From the NCBI GenBank assembly GCA_040389905.1, contig JAZJZK010000007.1, positions 441,026 to 505,025 on the forward strand: a stretch of DNA of 64,000 nt. Reading direction: 5' to 3'. Within the stretch, counting starts at the first letter, position 1. Each line of letters opens with the position of its first letter. Under the pieces are notes generated by a model. That model did no database searches and was not told the DNA's origin. It worked only from the letters and a program-made list of their open reading frames with translations. The stretch comes from Gemmatimonadota bacterium. GTDB taxonomy: Bacteria > Gemmatimonadota > Gemmatimonadetes > Gemmatimonadales > Gemmatimonadaceae. This document shows positions 63,812 through 64,000 of this stretch, piece after piece. Made by a program: the position numbers and the translations under genes.

Positions 63812-63975
63812 TTCCGAGCGCATGGACTGCGGCGGCCGGCGTGCGGTAGCCGGACCGCTGGTGCGAGCACCAGCGCTCTCGTACGATCCCGTGTTCGACG
63901 GCGCTATGGGCGGCTAAGGGGACGGCTAAGGGCAATGCTGTTCAGTTAGGAACTGCAGCAAAACACAAAAGCTTC

Positions 63976-64000
63976 ACCGCAGAGGACGCAGAGAGGTCGT
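63976..64000. repeat. left arm of a family C element (cut by the window edge)
   Basis: ACCGCAGAGGACGCAGAG identical to the start of the copy at 39711. Confidence 0.7.

Overview
High-GC bacterial chromosome segment. Gene content (PadR/ADOP pair, M56 peptidase, DUF2723-type protein, BON and TonB-type proteins) suggests Gemmatimonadota, which is an inference. Bases 1-33.7 kb are mostly housekeeping: gltX (partial), two tRNA-Ser, purH, purN, gmhB-like, selA, valS, thrS, a thiolase/bioY/hbd/acyl-CoA dehydrogenase/Leu dehydrogenase block, rpiB and glyA. Bases 33.7-64 kb are accessory and centred on hemicellulose use: GH67, xylA, xylB, a sugar ABC transporter, CE15 and GH51, plus a PmoA-like/blue-copper/beta-propeller/cupin cluster. 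Three observations stand out. (1) A shared promoter module (GTCAT-N8-ATGAC palindrome followed by TTGATT and a -10-like box) lies upstream of the PmoA-like gene, CE15 and GH51, suggesting that uncharacterised genes are co-regulated with xylan debranching. (2) An array of about 29 21-bp units at 43.8-44.4 kb has a quasi-palindromic GCANYGC core, variable spacers and an internally inverted 5-unit block. (3) Several REP/MITE-like palindrome families occur, including nested composites and one copy lying in-frame inside a CDS. No CRISPR array, integrase or transposase was seen. All annotations come from motif recognition by eye; no database searches were run.
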